A DNA stretch of 32,000 bases, taken from contig CAZHYN010000002.1 of the NCBI GenBank assembly GCA_964536865.1, forward strand, positions 1 through 32,000, in the 5' to 3' direction. Positions within the stretch are counted from its first letter, which is position 1, and each line of letters begins with the position of its first letter. Below, in pieces: positions 8,307 to 13,824 of this stretch. The notes below the pieces were generated by a model. That model searched no databases. It saw nothing but the letters and a program-made list of their open reading frames with translations, and was not told where the DNA came from. Position numbers and translations under genes: made by a program. This DNA comes from an uncultured Planctomycetia bacterium. GTDB lineage: Bacteria > Omnitrophota > Gorgyraeia > Duberdicusellales > 4484-171.

Positions 8307-8624
8307 TTACTTAATATTCTTTTTCTTACATTTATGGATTGTGTTAGGCAGGATTATTGGGATGATAAAGGTTGGTTCTTCTTCAGATGGGGAGCCATTA
8401 TTATTACTACAAACTAAGTTTTTGGGACTTTCTGAATATAAATCTCTCTTTAAATTATTCCATTCCCACTCATCCCAACTATTTAAATCAGAAGAATCTT
8501 GAAGTGTAAAATTCCTTGAAAAATAAAGATTTATCTGGATGTTTTCTTTTGAGTAGATTATTTCTTTGATGAATTTTTTAATGAAAAGATTCTTTTCAAT
8601 TCCTTTCTTTTGAGGGAGGGTTTT
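8307..8624 (-). pseudogene. Start-less 105-codon open frame: relic of a large serine recombinase C-terminus
   Basis: Hand translation gives KTLPQKKGIEKNLFIKKFIKEIIYSKENIQINLYFSRNFTLQDSS...HKCKKKNIK*. There is no in-frame ATG, GTG or TTG, hence its absence from the ORF track. FIKKFIKEIIYSKENIQINLYFS aligns with LIKEKIDSIKYSKKRIRVNFKYS of the intact recombinase. A 105-codon stop-free run is improbable by chance at this AT content. Confidence 0.45.
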
Positions 8625-8706
8625 TTAATACCAATTTTGTTAATAATGCATAAACTAATGCAAGAAGCTTTTATTAAGTTAAGGGGGTGTCTACAGTGAT
8701 TTTAAG

Positions 8707-8979
8707 CTAAATCTTTCCCAGAAACATCAATATCCCTATTATCACAAAGAGTATCGCACCAGCATACCGTATTAGTTCTGGTTTAAGATACTCCCCTAGA
8801 GCCGCTCCAATCAAAACTGAAAGAGCTGTTACTACCATATATGCAGAAACCGAACCTAGCCATACAGCGAAGGGCTTACCTGATTTTGCAGACATACCTA
8901 TTCCAACTAATTGAGTTTTATCGGCAAGTTCTGCCAAAAATATTGCTCCAAATGTTACTAGGAATATTTTCCAATACAT
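8707..8979 (-). CDS. UPF0016 (GDT1/TMEM165) family single-domain membrane protein, putative Mn2+/Ca2+ transporter subunit
   Basis: 90 aa with three TM helices and the family E-x-G-D-K-T-type motif (AELADKTQLV). Confidence 0.8.
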   Translation of the reverse strand: MYWKIFLVTFGAIFLAELADKTQLVGIGMSAKSGKPFAVWLGSVSAYMVVTALSVLIGAALGEYLKPELIRYAGAILFVIIGILMFLGKI

Positions 8980-9076
8980 TAAACCCTCATTGTTTTTCTT
9001 TGCTTAAAAACTCATTCCGTCGATAAATTCAAAATAGTAAGTGACTAAATTACCCGATAGATTTAGTGGTAGTCTC

Positions 9077-9745
9077 TTATCGGCCTCTACCTCTACCTCC
9101 AACGGGCACCCCTTTAGATCTCCCCACACCTTCTGGCTTGCCAACTCCTTCAGGCTTACCTATACCTTCTGGTTTGCCTATGCCTTCAGGTATACCGATT
9201 CCTTTTGGTATTCCTATTCCTTCTAGCTTGCCAGTAGGGAGTTCACCTCTTTGAATTTTTCTCAAGATACCTAAGGCAGTATTTCTTCCTGTCTTGGATA
9301 CTTCTATTGCATGTCTAATAGCAGACCGTGCTTCTTTGGGGACTTTACCCACAAGATCGCTTAAGACTTCAATATGTTTCTTAGTAGACCTCTCAACTGC
9401 TTCTAAGGCTTCACTTACATCATATCCCTGCGCTTGAGCTTTGTTAATCTGTTCCATTGCTCCATTAATATACTTTTCATAGTCTTTTAAGAGATCATTT
9501 ACAAACTCAGGCTTGCCTTTAGAAATCATCGCTTTTACTTCCTTTAATCTTTCTTTGGCGTACTTTGTGTAAAGGTTAGCCTTCTCTAATGGATCAAGTG
9601 CAGCCTTTAATTTTGCTGCCTCCATTTGCCGTTTTGCTTGATAGAGTGGATCATCAGGCAATGTCTCTGGCTCATTTTGAGCAAAGGCTATGCTTGCCAA
9701 GAATACACATATAAGTGTCAATAGCCACATTCTAACGCTTCGCAT
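9077..9745 (-). CDS. Secreted DUF5667-like helical protein with a C-terminal G-I-G-K-P-E hexapeptide repeat tail
   Basis: Signal peptide, then LPDDPLYQAKRQMEAAKLKA...AKERLKEV...HIEVLSDLVGKVPKEARSAIRHAIEVS, a DUF5667-type pattern. I prefer ATG 9745 (AGGAGG 8 nt upstream) over the track's GTG at 9754. Confidence 0.7.
   Translation of the reverse strand: MRSVRMWLLTLICVFLASIAFAQNEPETLPDDPLYQAKRQMEAAKLKAALDPLEKANLYTKYAKERLKEVKAMISKGKPEFVNDLLKDYEKYINGAMEQINKAQAQGYDVSEALEAVERSTKKHIEVLSDLVGKVPKEARSAIRHAIEVSKTGRNTALGILRKIQRGELPTGKLEGIGIPKGIGIPEGIGKPEGIGKPEGVGKPEGVGRSKGVPVGGRGRGR
9111..9236. repeat. Seven imperfect 18-bp tandem repeats
   Basis: Plus-strand units from 9129: ccttctggcttgccaact, ccttcaggcttacctata, ccttctggtttgcctatg, ccttcaggtataccgatt, ccttttggtattcctatt, ccttctagcttgccagta. 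A degenerate unit occupies 9111-9128. They encode GIGIPKGIGIPEGIGKPEGIGKPEGVGKPEGVG on the minus strand. Confidence 0.9.
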
Positions 9746-9955
9746 TTTCCACACCTCCTTTGTTAAAATTTGTTATTAAAATTGTTCTGTCTTGTATCTG
9801 GAGCTACTATAACCCTTTTTGTTTTTTTCTTCATCACCTCCTTTCTCCTTATCTTTAAGCAAAATATATACCAAAATAATGTATCTATCCTTTCTTCCAT
9901 ATATTTAAACCACTCAAATAATGAAAAGTTTCGGATACCTTATTTTTTACACATA

Positions 9956-10171
9956 TTAATCTTTTATTAGCTCATCTAAGGAAACCCCTAAGGCTTTCGC
10001 AATATTGGCAATTGTTTGGATCGAGGGATTAAGCGTGTAGCCTGATTCAATTTTTAGATATGTACTATAAGGAATATTTGCCTTTCTGGCTAACTGATCT
10101 TGGGATAATCCTAATTTCTTCCGATATTTTTTGATATTTTTTGCTATAGTTTTGCTTGACATCATATCCAT
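9956..10171 (-). CDS. XRE-family helix-turn-helix transcriptional regulator
   Basis: 71 aa. KKYRKKLGLSQDQLARKANIPYSTYLKIESG is a typical Cro/CI HTH. Divergent from the recombinase gene. Confidence 0.85.
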   Translation of the reverse strand: MDMMSSKTIAKNIKKYRKKLGLSQDQLARKANIPYSTYLKIESGYTLNPSIQTIANIAKALGVSLDELIKD

Positions 10172-10177
10172 TTTTGG

Positions 10178-10219
10178 CTATCCTTTTATGGTAAATATAT
10201 TTTAACTATCCAATTATGG
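10178..10219. promoter_or_regulatory. Two direct 14-nt repeats (CTATCCnnTTATGG) in the XRE/recombinase divergent control region; candidate operators
   Basis: ctatccttttatgg at 10178-10191 and ctatccaattatgg at 10206-10219, with 12/14 identity and 28-bp spacing, between the two divergent start codons. Confidence 0.3.
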
Positions 10220-10242
10220 ATTTTAACAAAGAGGAGGCTAAA

Positions 10243-11799
10243 ATGCAAGAAAAATTAAGATGTGCAATTTATACAAGGGTAAGTACGGATAATCAAGCAG
10301 AAGTTGAGTTTAACTCTTGTGAGGCTCAAGAAGAAAAGATAAGAGCATTTATTAAAAGTCAAGAAAATATGATAATTTATAAAGTTTACTCTGATGCTGG
10401 GTCCACAGGAGTAAATCTTAATAGACCTGCTTTACAGAAATTACTTGAGGATATAAAACAAGGCAACATTAACATTGTTTTGGTTTACAAAATTGACAGA
10501 CTTACCCGTTCTCCTAAAGATTTCTACTACTTAATGGAGATTTTTGAGAAATACAAAGTTGATTTTATCTCAATCACAGAAAGATTTGATACCTCTACTC
10601 CAGCAGGAAGACTTTTAAGAAACATAATGCTTACCTTTGCTCAGTTTGAAAGAGAGTTAGCAAGTGAGAGAACAAAAGATAAGATGCTTCAGAGAGCAGA
10701 AAAAGGGTTATGGAATGGCGGTATTTCTCCATTTGGATACAAGACATTAAATAAGAAACTTGTTCCTCATGAGCAGGAAGCTAAAGTTGTTAAGTTAATA
10801 TTTGAAACTTATGTTGATACTGGGTCTATAGCAGAGGTTTATAACACCCTGAAAGAGAAAAATATTTTAAATAGGCATGGCAAAGTTTTTACCAAATCAA
10901 GTATTAAAAATATCCTCTCTAATCCTGTCTATATCGGGAAGTTAAAATATGCTGGGAAAATTTATAATGGACTACATCAGCCTATAATTAGTGAACTTCT
11001 CTTCAACGAAGCTCAGGAACTGCACAAAAAGAAAATCAGGGAAATGAAACTCTTTAGAAATTATCTTTTTGCAGGTTTAATCACTTGTGAGGAATGCAGA
11101 TCAAAAATGACGCCAACCTATACAAACAAAAAAGCAAAAAGAGGAAGAAAGAGATATTTTTATTATAGATGCACCTCTACCCTAAAAAGAGACTGGCAGG
11201 TATGCACTACAAAACAGGTAAACGCTGATAGGCTGGAAAGATTTGTTTTAGAAAATTTAGAAAGAGTATCAAAAGATGAGCCTTATATTGAAAATCTTTG
11301 TTTTAAACTTAACCACAATCCAGATGAGTTAGTTCGAAATTCTCTTATAAAAAATAAGGTATCGGGCGACCGGGCTGGATTCGAACTAAGCAGGGAGCAA
11401 TTGAAAATTGAGCCTAAAGGTTTAATTTTCCAACTTAAAACCTTCCTTAACACTCTCTCCTCCCTCTCCCGAGCCGAGCAGGTTCTTTTAATAAAAGAAA
11501 AAATTGACTCAATAAAATATTCCAAAAAAAGAATCAGGGTAAACTTCAAATATTCCTTAAAAATCAACAACTTAAACCCCTCTCAACAAGGTTCTGGTCA
11601 GGTGGGGGTGGGTGGTGGGAGTTTAGAGAAAGAAAATCAAAATATCCCTTCCTTTTATTCTTCCGATTTAGTTCGAAAAGAAATAATGGCTCCCCGGGCA
11701 GGGCTCGAACCTGCGACCCGCTGGTTACACCTAATCCCTGAGTTTCCCCAGAGGGTGGACTATCTCTTCACCATATTCCGACGTAATGTCGGAACTTAG
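10243..11799 (+). CDS. Large serine recombinase (integrase type); the formal ORF has no stop before the tRNA and ends inside the intron on the opposite strand
   Basis: Start ATG 10243 with GAGGAGG at 10231-10237. Resolvase catalytic domain (RCAIYTRVSTDNQ, IDRLTRS), recombinase domain, zinc ribbon (CEEC...YYRC...C) and the terminal beta-hairpin block IKYSKKRIRVNFKYS ending near 11565. The last ~80 codons cover a G-rich tract, the antisense tRNA 3' exon (MAPRAGLEPATRW) and 72 nt of intron. Confidence 0.85.
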   Translation: MQEKLRCAIYTRVSTDNQAEVEFNSCEAQEEKIRAFIKSQENMIIYKVYSDAGSTGVNLNRPALQKLLEDIKQGNINIVLVYKIDRLTRSPKDFYYLMEIFEKYKVDFISITERFDTSTPAGRLLRNIMLTFAQFERELASERTKDKMLQRAEKGLWNGGISPFGYKTLNKKLVPHEQEAKVVKLIFETYVDTGSIAEVYNTLKEKNILNRHGKVFTKSSIKNILSNPVYIGKLKYAGKIYNGLHQPIISELLFNEAQELHKKKIREMKLFRNYLFAGLITCEECRSKMTPTYTNKKAKRGRKRYFYYRCTSTLKRDWQVCTTKQVNADRLERFVLENLERVSKDEPYIENLCFKLNHNPDELVRNSLIKNKVSGDRAGFELSREQLKIEPKGLIFQLKTFLNTLSSLSRAEQVLLIKEKIDSIKYSKKRIRVNFKYSLKINNLNPSQQGSGQVGVGGGSLEKENQNIPSFYSSDLVRKEIMAPRAGLEPATRWLHLIPEFPQRVDYLFTIFRRNVGT

Positions 11800-12022
11800 G
11801 TGCCGGGCGCTTCCCCCGATATAACATCGGGGTACTCCCTTTTCGGGATAGTCTCTGCACCTTCCCCGACGTTCCGTCGGGGCTTGGCTCAGGGTTACCA
11901 TCCCTGAACTACAAGAAGTTCAGAGTACAGGCTTCCCTGAATTCACCCGGTTTTTCATCCCGATGTTTCCATCGGGAGCTGCTCTTCACAGCCAGCTGCT
12001 CTACCTGCTGAGCTACCGGGGA
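11687..12022 (-). tRNA. tRNA-Asn(GUU), interrupted in the anticodon loop by a group I intron
   Basis: Exon 1 (12022-11988) is TCCCCGG TA GCTC AGCAGGTA GAGC A GCTGG CTGT. Exon 2 (11727-11687) is TAA CCAGC GGGTC GCAGG TTCGAGC CCTGC CCGGGGA G CCA. Joined, they give a perfect cloverleaf with loop CUGUUAA (anticodon GUU), U1-A72, G73 and encoded CCA, as in bacterial tRNA-Asn. Confidence 0.85.
11728..11987 (-). ncRNA. Group I self-splicing intron, subgroup IC3-like, 260 nt, no internal ORF
   Basis: P1 pairs exon GCUGU with intron GCAGC (nt 6-10), giving a U.G wobble at the 5' splice site. The terminal nucleotide is G (omega-G). P2 is an 8-bp stem with a GAAA tetraloop. Blocks GAGCCAAGC, GAAGGTGCAGAGACTA, GGCACCTAAG and TATGGTGAAGAGATAGTCCA match, from memory, the Azoarcus tRNA-Ile and cyanobacterial tRNA-Leu introns. 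P7 is GACTAT/ATAGTC and P3 is CCGGGTG/CGCCCGG. Confidence 0.85.
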
Positions 12023-12259
12023 AGTTATTTTATCTAAGAACTTTCTTCCCTGACCTGATTTAAGAAAACGTTCTCTTTGTCTAGCTTCTTTCACACAAAC
12101 AAACTCTTCATAATACACTAAATCAAATGGACCATTCTGCCTAGTCCACTGATTGGAACCTGAATTATGCTCTTTTAGACGCACTTCAACTCTTTTCGAA
12201 GTACAACCTATATACCTCTTACCATTACGTCTACTTTTTAATACATAAACTATAGCCAT
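11909..12259 (-). CDS. Short GIY-YIG (URI-domain, YhbQ/UPF0213-like) nuclease; only codons 1-79 are domain, codons 80-116 are read-through into the tRNA 5' exon and intron
   Basis: IVYVLKSRRNGKRYIGCTSKRVEVRLKEHNSG...WTRQNGPFDLVYYEEF...EARQRERFLKSGQGRKFL carries the GIY/YIG, R, H-N and E motifs. Codon 80 (TCC, 12022-12020) is tRNA nucleotides 1-3. The stop at 11909 lies inside the intron. Confidence 0.8.
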   Translation of the reverse strand: MAIVYVLKSRRNGKRYIGCTSKRVEVRLKEHNSGSNQWTRQNGPFDLVYYEEFVCVKEARQRERFLKSGQGRKFLDKITSPVAQQVEQLAVKSSSRWKHRDEKPGEFREACTLNFL

Positions 12260-12279
12260 CTTTCTATCTTATTACAGCC

Positions 12280-12309
12280 CTCGCCTGAGGCGAGTTCGCC
12301 TTCGGCGAA
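12280..12309. repeat. Two tandem 15-nt perfect hairpin modules (6-bp stem, 3-nt loop)
   Basis: Plus strand ctcgcc-tga-ggcgag (12280-12294) and ttcgcc-ttc-ggcgaa (12295-12309), inserted between tRNA positions 29 and 30 of the relic exon. Confidence 0.8.
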
Positions 12310-12351
12310 AGCTGCTCCCTGTCTACCAGCAGGTAGGTACCTGCTTAAGCT

Positions 12352-12381
12352 TCCGCCTGAGGCGGATCAGCCTCTGGCTGA
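12352..12381. repeat. Two tandem 15-nt perfect hairpin modules (6-bp stem, 3-nt loop)
   Basis: Plus strand tccgcc-tga-ggcgga (12352-12366) and tcagcc-tct-ggctga (12367-12381), inserted between tRNA positions 8 and 9 of the relic exon. Same YYNGCC-NNN-GGCNRR architecture as 12280-12309. Confidence 0.8.
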
Positions 12382-12435
12382 ACCGGGGAATAAGTTAATT
12401 TACAAAGAGCTCATCTCTTCCAATTTTGCATACTC

Positions 12436-12464
12436 ATTATACAACCATTGTTCTAATTTATCAA
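12436..12464 (-). promoter_or_regulatory. Candidate sigma-70 promoter for the relic exon / GIY-YIG / tRNA-Asn unit
   Basis: Minus strand TTGATA (12464-12459), 17-nt spacer, TATAAT (12441-12436), about 45 nt upstream of the relic exon. Such matches arise by chance in AT-rich DNA. Confidence 0.35.
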
Positions 12465-12719
12465 CTATATTGTTACTTATCAGAAAGTAGTTATCTTTAA
12501 CTTTATGAATAGCAAACGAAGCTTATTTTACCTGGACATTCCCAAAAAATAACCCTGAATTTCTCTAACGCGCTATAATCCAGTGAGTTAAGAAAATTAA
12601 AATCTGATTAGCTGCAAAGGTGAAATTTTAGGTTAAACCCGGATTTTGCATTAGCAAAATCCGCCCCAAGGGCAGCCCTTTATTCTTCATAAGAAGAAAT
12701 TCATTCGTAGAAATAAAGA

Positions 12720-12766
12720 GCTGGGTTAACCCAGCCCTTTCAAAAGAAAGGGCTTCTCCTTTTTAG
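12720..12766. terminator. Back-to-back GC hairpins with flanking T/A tracts (bidirectional terminator-like)
   Basis: gctggg-ttaa-cccagc (12720-12735) overlaps agccctttc-aaaa-gaaagggct (12733-12754). tctccttttt follows on the plus strand, and tctttatttct follows 12720 on the minus strand. Confidence 0.3.
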
Positions 12767-12975
12767 ACAAATTTTTCCCCGCCTGCTAAAAGTATATGTA
12801 AGTATCGGCGGGCAGGTAATGAAAAATTTGGGTTAAAAAATGAGCAAAGACTTCCCCAAAATTTTGGAAATCTAATGTTTTCAATGCTCTTTTAAGGTGA
12901 GAAATCCCGTTGTAAATTATCCATTTCATAGACAGGAAAACTCCAGGTTTTACAAATTGAAAGTTTATCAATAAG

Positions 12976-13752
12976 ATGGTATATTTATTTGATATGATAA
13001 AGATAGGTGACTTAGTGCTTCTTTATAAAGATGAAAAAAGGAACTACTTACTTAAAGTAGAAAGTAAAAAATTCCATACCGACAAAGGAATAATCGAATT
13101 AGAAAAACTTGTAGGAAAAACCTACGGAGATAGTGTAGAAACAAATTTAAGAGAAAGATTTTTTGTCTTGAAACCTACTCTCTACGAACTAACGATGAAG
13201 GTGAAACGTAAAACGCAAATCATTTACCCTAAAGACTTAGGAATAATTCTTACTAAAGCTACACTCTTTCCTGGAGCAAAAGTTATAGAGGTCGGCACAG
13301 GAAGCGGATCTCTAACTACTGCCTTAGCAAATTTTGTAAGACCTAATGGTAAGGTATACAGCTATGAAAAAAATAAAGAATTTTTAGATAACGCTAAAGC
13401 CAACTTAGAAAAGAATGGATTATCTTCCTGGGTAGAATTTAAACACCGAGAAGTGATAGATGAATTTGAAGAAAAAAATGTGGATTTTATAATGATTGAC
13501 ACTGGTAGCCCTTGGGAGTTGATTGGGGCTGCCTATAAATCTTTAAAAAGCGGTCACCGGCTAGCTACTATCTGTCCTACTTTTGAACAGGTTACCCAGA
13601 CAGTATTTACTTTAGAAAAAAAAGGATTCATACATATAGAAACTATGGAAGTACTTCTAAGGAGAATTTTGGTAAGAAGAGGCAAGACCCGTCCTGAACA
13701 AAAAATTCCTTCCCATACTGGATTTTTAATCTTTGCCTCCAAAATTCATTAA
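12976..13752 (+). CDS. trmI: tRNA (adenine58-N1)-methyltransferase TrmI (GCD14 family)
   Basis: N-terminal beta domain (GDLVLLYKDEKRNYLLKV...FHTDKGII), SAM motif VIEVGTGSGSLT and DTGSPWE. The start may be ATG 12994. Confidence 0.85.
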   Translation: MVYLFDMIKIGDLVLLYKDEKRNYLLKVESKKFHTDKGIIELEKLVGKTYGDSVETNLRERFFVLKPTLYELTMKVKRKTQIIYPKDLGIILTKATLFPGAKVIEVGTGSGSLTTALANFVRPNGKVYSYEKNKEFLDNAKANLEKNGLSSWVEFKHREVIDEFEEKNVDFIMIDTGSPWELIGAAYKSLKSGHRLATICPTFEQVTQTVFTLEKKGFIHIETMEVLLRRILVRRGKTRPEQKIPSHTGFLIFASKIH

Positions 13753-13824
13753 TGAATTAAAAATCTATAGGAAAAAAGAGAAGATAGTAGCTCTTCATAG
13801 TTAAGGCTCAACAAAAAACCCTCT

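Larger units (their letters stand above)
12274..12389 (-). pseudogene. Relic copy of the tRNA-Asn 5' exon (nt 1-35) interrupted by three self-complementary insertions
   Basis: Minus strand: TCCCCGGT [30 nt] AGCTTAAGCAGGTA [20 nt] GAGCAGCT [30 nt] GGCTGT. Removing the bracketed inserts leaves the 35-nt exon TCCCCGGTAGCTCAGCAGGTAGAGCAGCTGGCTGT, changed only at AGCTTA versus AGCTC (one extra base and one substitution). Lengths add up exactly (8+30+14+20+8+30+6 = 116). Confidence 0.6.

Noticed and set aside
8226-8502. ORFs 8226-8417(+) and 8257-8502(+)
   Set aside because: They start in the GC-rich intron relic, which is stop-poor, and run antisense to the recombinase-relic frame. No SD and no motifs.
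8980-9076. Possible yybP-ykoY Mn2+ riboswitch upstream of the UPF0016 gene
   Set aside because: The leader is under 100 nt and AT-rich, and shows none of the conserved GGAGAGTAG / four-helix features. Not supported.
9041-9254. Plus-strand ORFs 9041-9226 and 9066-9254 (PSGLPTPSGLP...)
   Set aside because: Antisense reading of the 18-bp tandem repeat inside the DUF5667-like gene.
11283-11570. 95-aa minus-strand ORF inside the recombinase gene
   Set aside because: Antisense to the conserved recombinase C-terminal region. No motifs.
11687-12022. Alternative splice register giving tRNA-Thr(UGU): 5' exon ending at U33, 3' exon starting TGTAA
   Set aside because: It also yields a 7-nt loop and a terminal intron G. 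However, it loses the U.G wobble in P1, and U1-A72 plus G73 with the GGCUGUUAACC anticodon arm fit tRNA-Asn, not Thr.
12786-12971. 61-aa minus-strand ORF divergent from trmI
   Set aside because: Its start lies 5 nt from the trmI start, leaving no promoter space. No SD, no motifs, and an aromatic-rich odd composition.
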